From Octopus vulgaris (lineage: Eukaryota), in the NCBI GenBank assembly GCA_951406725.2, contig OX597819.1:49476001-49540000 (forward strand): DNA of 64,000 nucleotides. Reading direction: 5' to 3'. Made by a program: the position numbers and the translations under genes. The notes under the pieces are model-generated. The model was given only the letters and a program-made list of their open reading frames with translations. It was not told where the DNA came from and searched no databases. Shown here one piece after another: positions 62,416 to 64,000 of the stretch; position 1 is the stretch's first letter, and the number at the start of each line of letters is the position of its first letter.

Positions 62416-64000
62416 ATCAATGACAACAAAAGATACATATTTAAAAGTCTAGTTTGGTTAACAACAAATCACAATGACATCGTTCCAGTAAGAATGAATA
62501 CCAAACACAAGTTTAAAAACCGTTGGGTGTTTTGTCATTGCATTGATGGAGACTGCAATAAGTATTGATTAGTAATTAAGGTTTCTTCCAAGTCCGTGTT
62601 GTAATTGTATTAAAAAAAAAATCCTATATGAACAAATGGTTTTCTGAATTAATTACGAGCAGCAAAGATAGCTTTGATGCAATGTTTAATGCATTATTCA
62701 GTGTGTAAGGTTGAATAGTTGATTCATAGATTGCAACGGTGAGTGCACCATTTGAATAAAAATTTACCGGGTGAATAATTTTCTTCATTGAAAGTCATAA
62801 TAATGCATTATGGAAAATACGTAATCATTGAGTTGTATAGTATATTTGGACAGTTAGGAGAACGTTAATATAGCATTTTATGGTTCTGGCTCTTTGTTGG
62901 GTTCCAGGTGGGAGAGTTTTATAATGATGTTGAAGCCACCAGATTTGGGAATTCCTGATCTCAAGTTCTAATTAAACTTTTCTTGAAAGTAAGATTGGCC
63001 TTGGGCTGCTGATAGCTGAACAAGCTGAATTTCACAGCTCTTTACAAGTAAATAATTTTCACAACAAGGGGATAAAACTGCAAATAAGGAGTTTATTAGA
63101 ATATACAAGCTGAGAAACGATTCAAACACATCAGTGATTCAAATCTTTTCATTAGCATAACTGAGAGAGGGAAAGGGAGAGAGAGAGATCATATTGACAT
63201 CACGAGTAATGATCTCGACACATTTTTGTTACAATGTCAATAGAGTTGATGGAACTGACTCAACCCCCTCTCCTGAAATTACTGGCCTTGTGCCAAAATT
63301 TGAACTAATATTGCCAGCCATACAATCTCCAGAGCAGCTGAAGATTTGAAAGTCAGGAAAACAGCTGGACCATGTAGAATAGCTGATGAGTTTATAGTGG
63401 CATAACTAGATGAGTGAAAGATAGTCCTCTTTAGATGTAACAAAATTACTCCAAATAAATTCTTAAAAATTAACAAAAGCACATTAATTTGAATAAGACA
63501 TGGATTTCTTTAGATCAGCTGATACTTTCATAATACTTTTAATATATTGCATTTTCTTTCTTCTCTTTTTTTTACACACTATTATTTTCTTTTAACAAAA
63601 GTTGCAAAAGAATTCGATGACTTCTGATTTGGGCAATTTTAAATATGCCTTTGTAAGCAGTACATAGCAAAAGCTTCTTTCTACCACAGTCACAGCCAAA
63701 GGTAAGCATACAACTCTTTAACATATGACATGTGGCACCCTAGTTGATAACCTAAGTTGCTGGAGTCTTCAGTATATTACTACTAAAACTTATTTTGTTG
63801 ATTTTTTTCCCATTTTTATAGCTATGAAAGCCAAGTGAAATTTGAAGCCACAATCAATCAAAGCACTGCAAATTGTCTACTTCATACATAAGAAAGAGGC
63901 AATTGTCTCACACATAAGAGAGGGGAAATGAAATACTTTGCACATGCATGCATACACATGCACAATTTTGGGATGAATGTTACATGTTGAATGGTTTTTC

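Overview
AT-rich eukaryotic genomic DNA, not prokaryotic. The SINE families and microsatellite load look like an octopod cephalopod (Octopus-like); this is an inference from recognising repeats. No host protein-coding gene, tRNA, rRNA or CRISPR can be supported, so the window is intronic or intergenic and nearly all ORF-track entries come from microsatellites or SINEs. It holds dozens of tRNA-derived SINE copies (my labels: A = CORE-like with central microsatellite, B = Meta-domain-like with three alternative tails, D = A head plus RTE-type tail, E = other tRNA-headed SINEs) and a (GAT)n-tailed retroposon family C. It also holds two near-complete mariners plus mariner relics, a hAT-Charlie MITE, CR1/RTE fragments, Penelope-like remnants with hammerhead-like motifs and a possible Merlin relic. 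The most interesting part is 52.0-58.7 kb: two tandem Tx1 (L1-clade) LINE copies both end at the same nucleotide of a SINE-A head-like sequence (apparent SINE/tRNA-head targeting), and their 3' UTR is shared with the tail of SINE B (apparent LINE-SINE partnership). The same SINE-A copy also carries a young irritans-type mariner and a Penelope-like hairpin containing a near-complete minimal hammerhead ribozyme. Coordinates of degraded repeats are approximate and read by eye.
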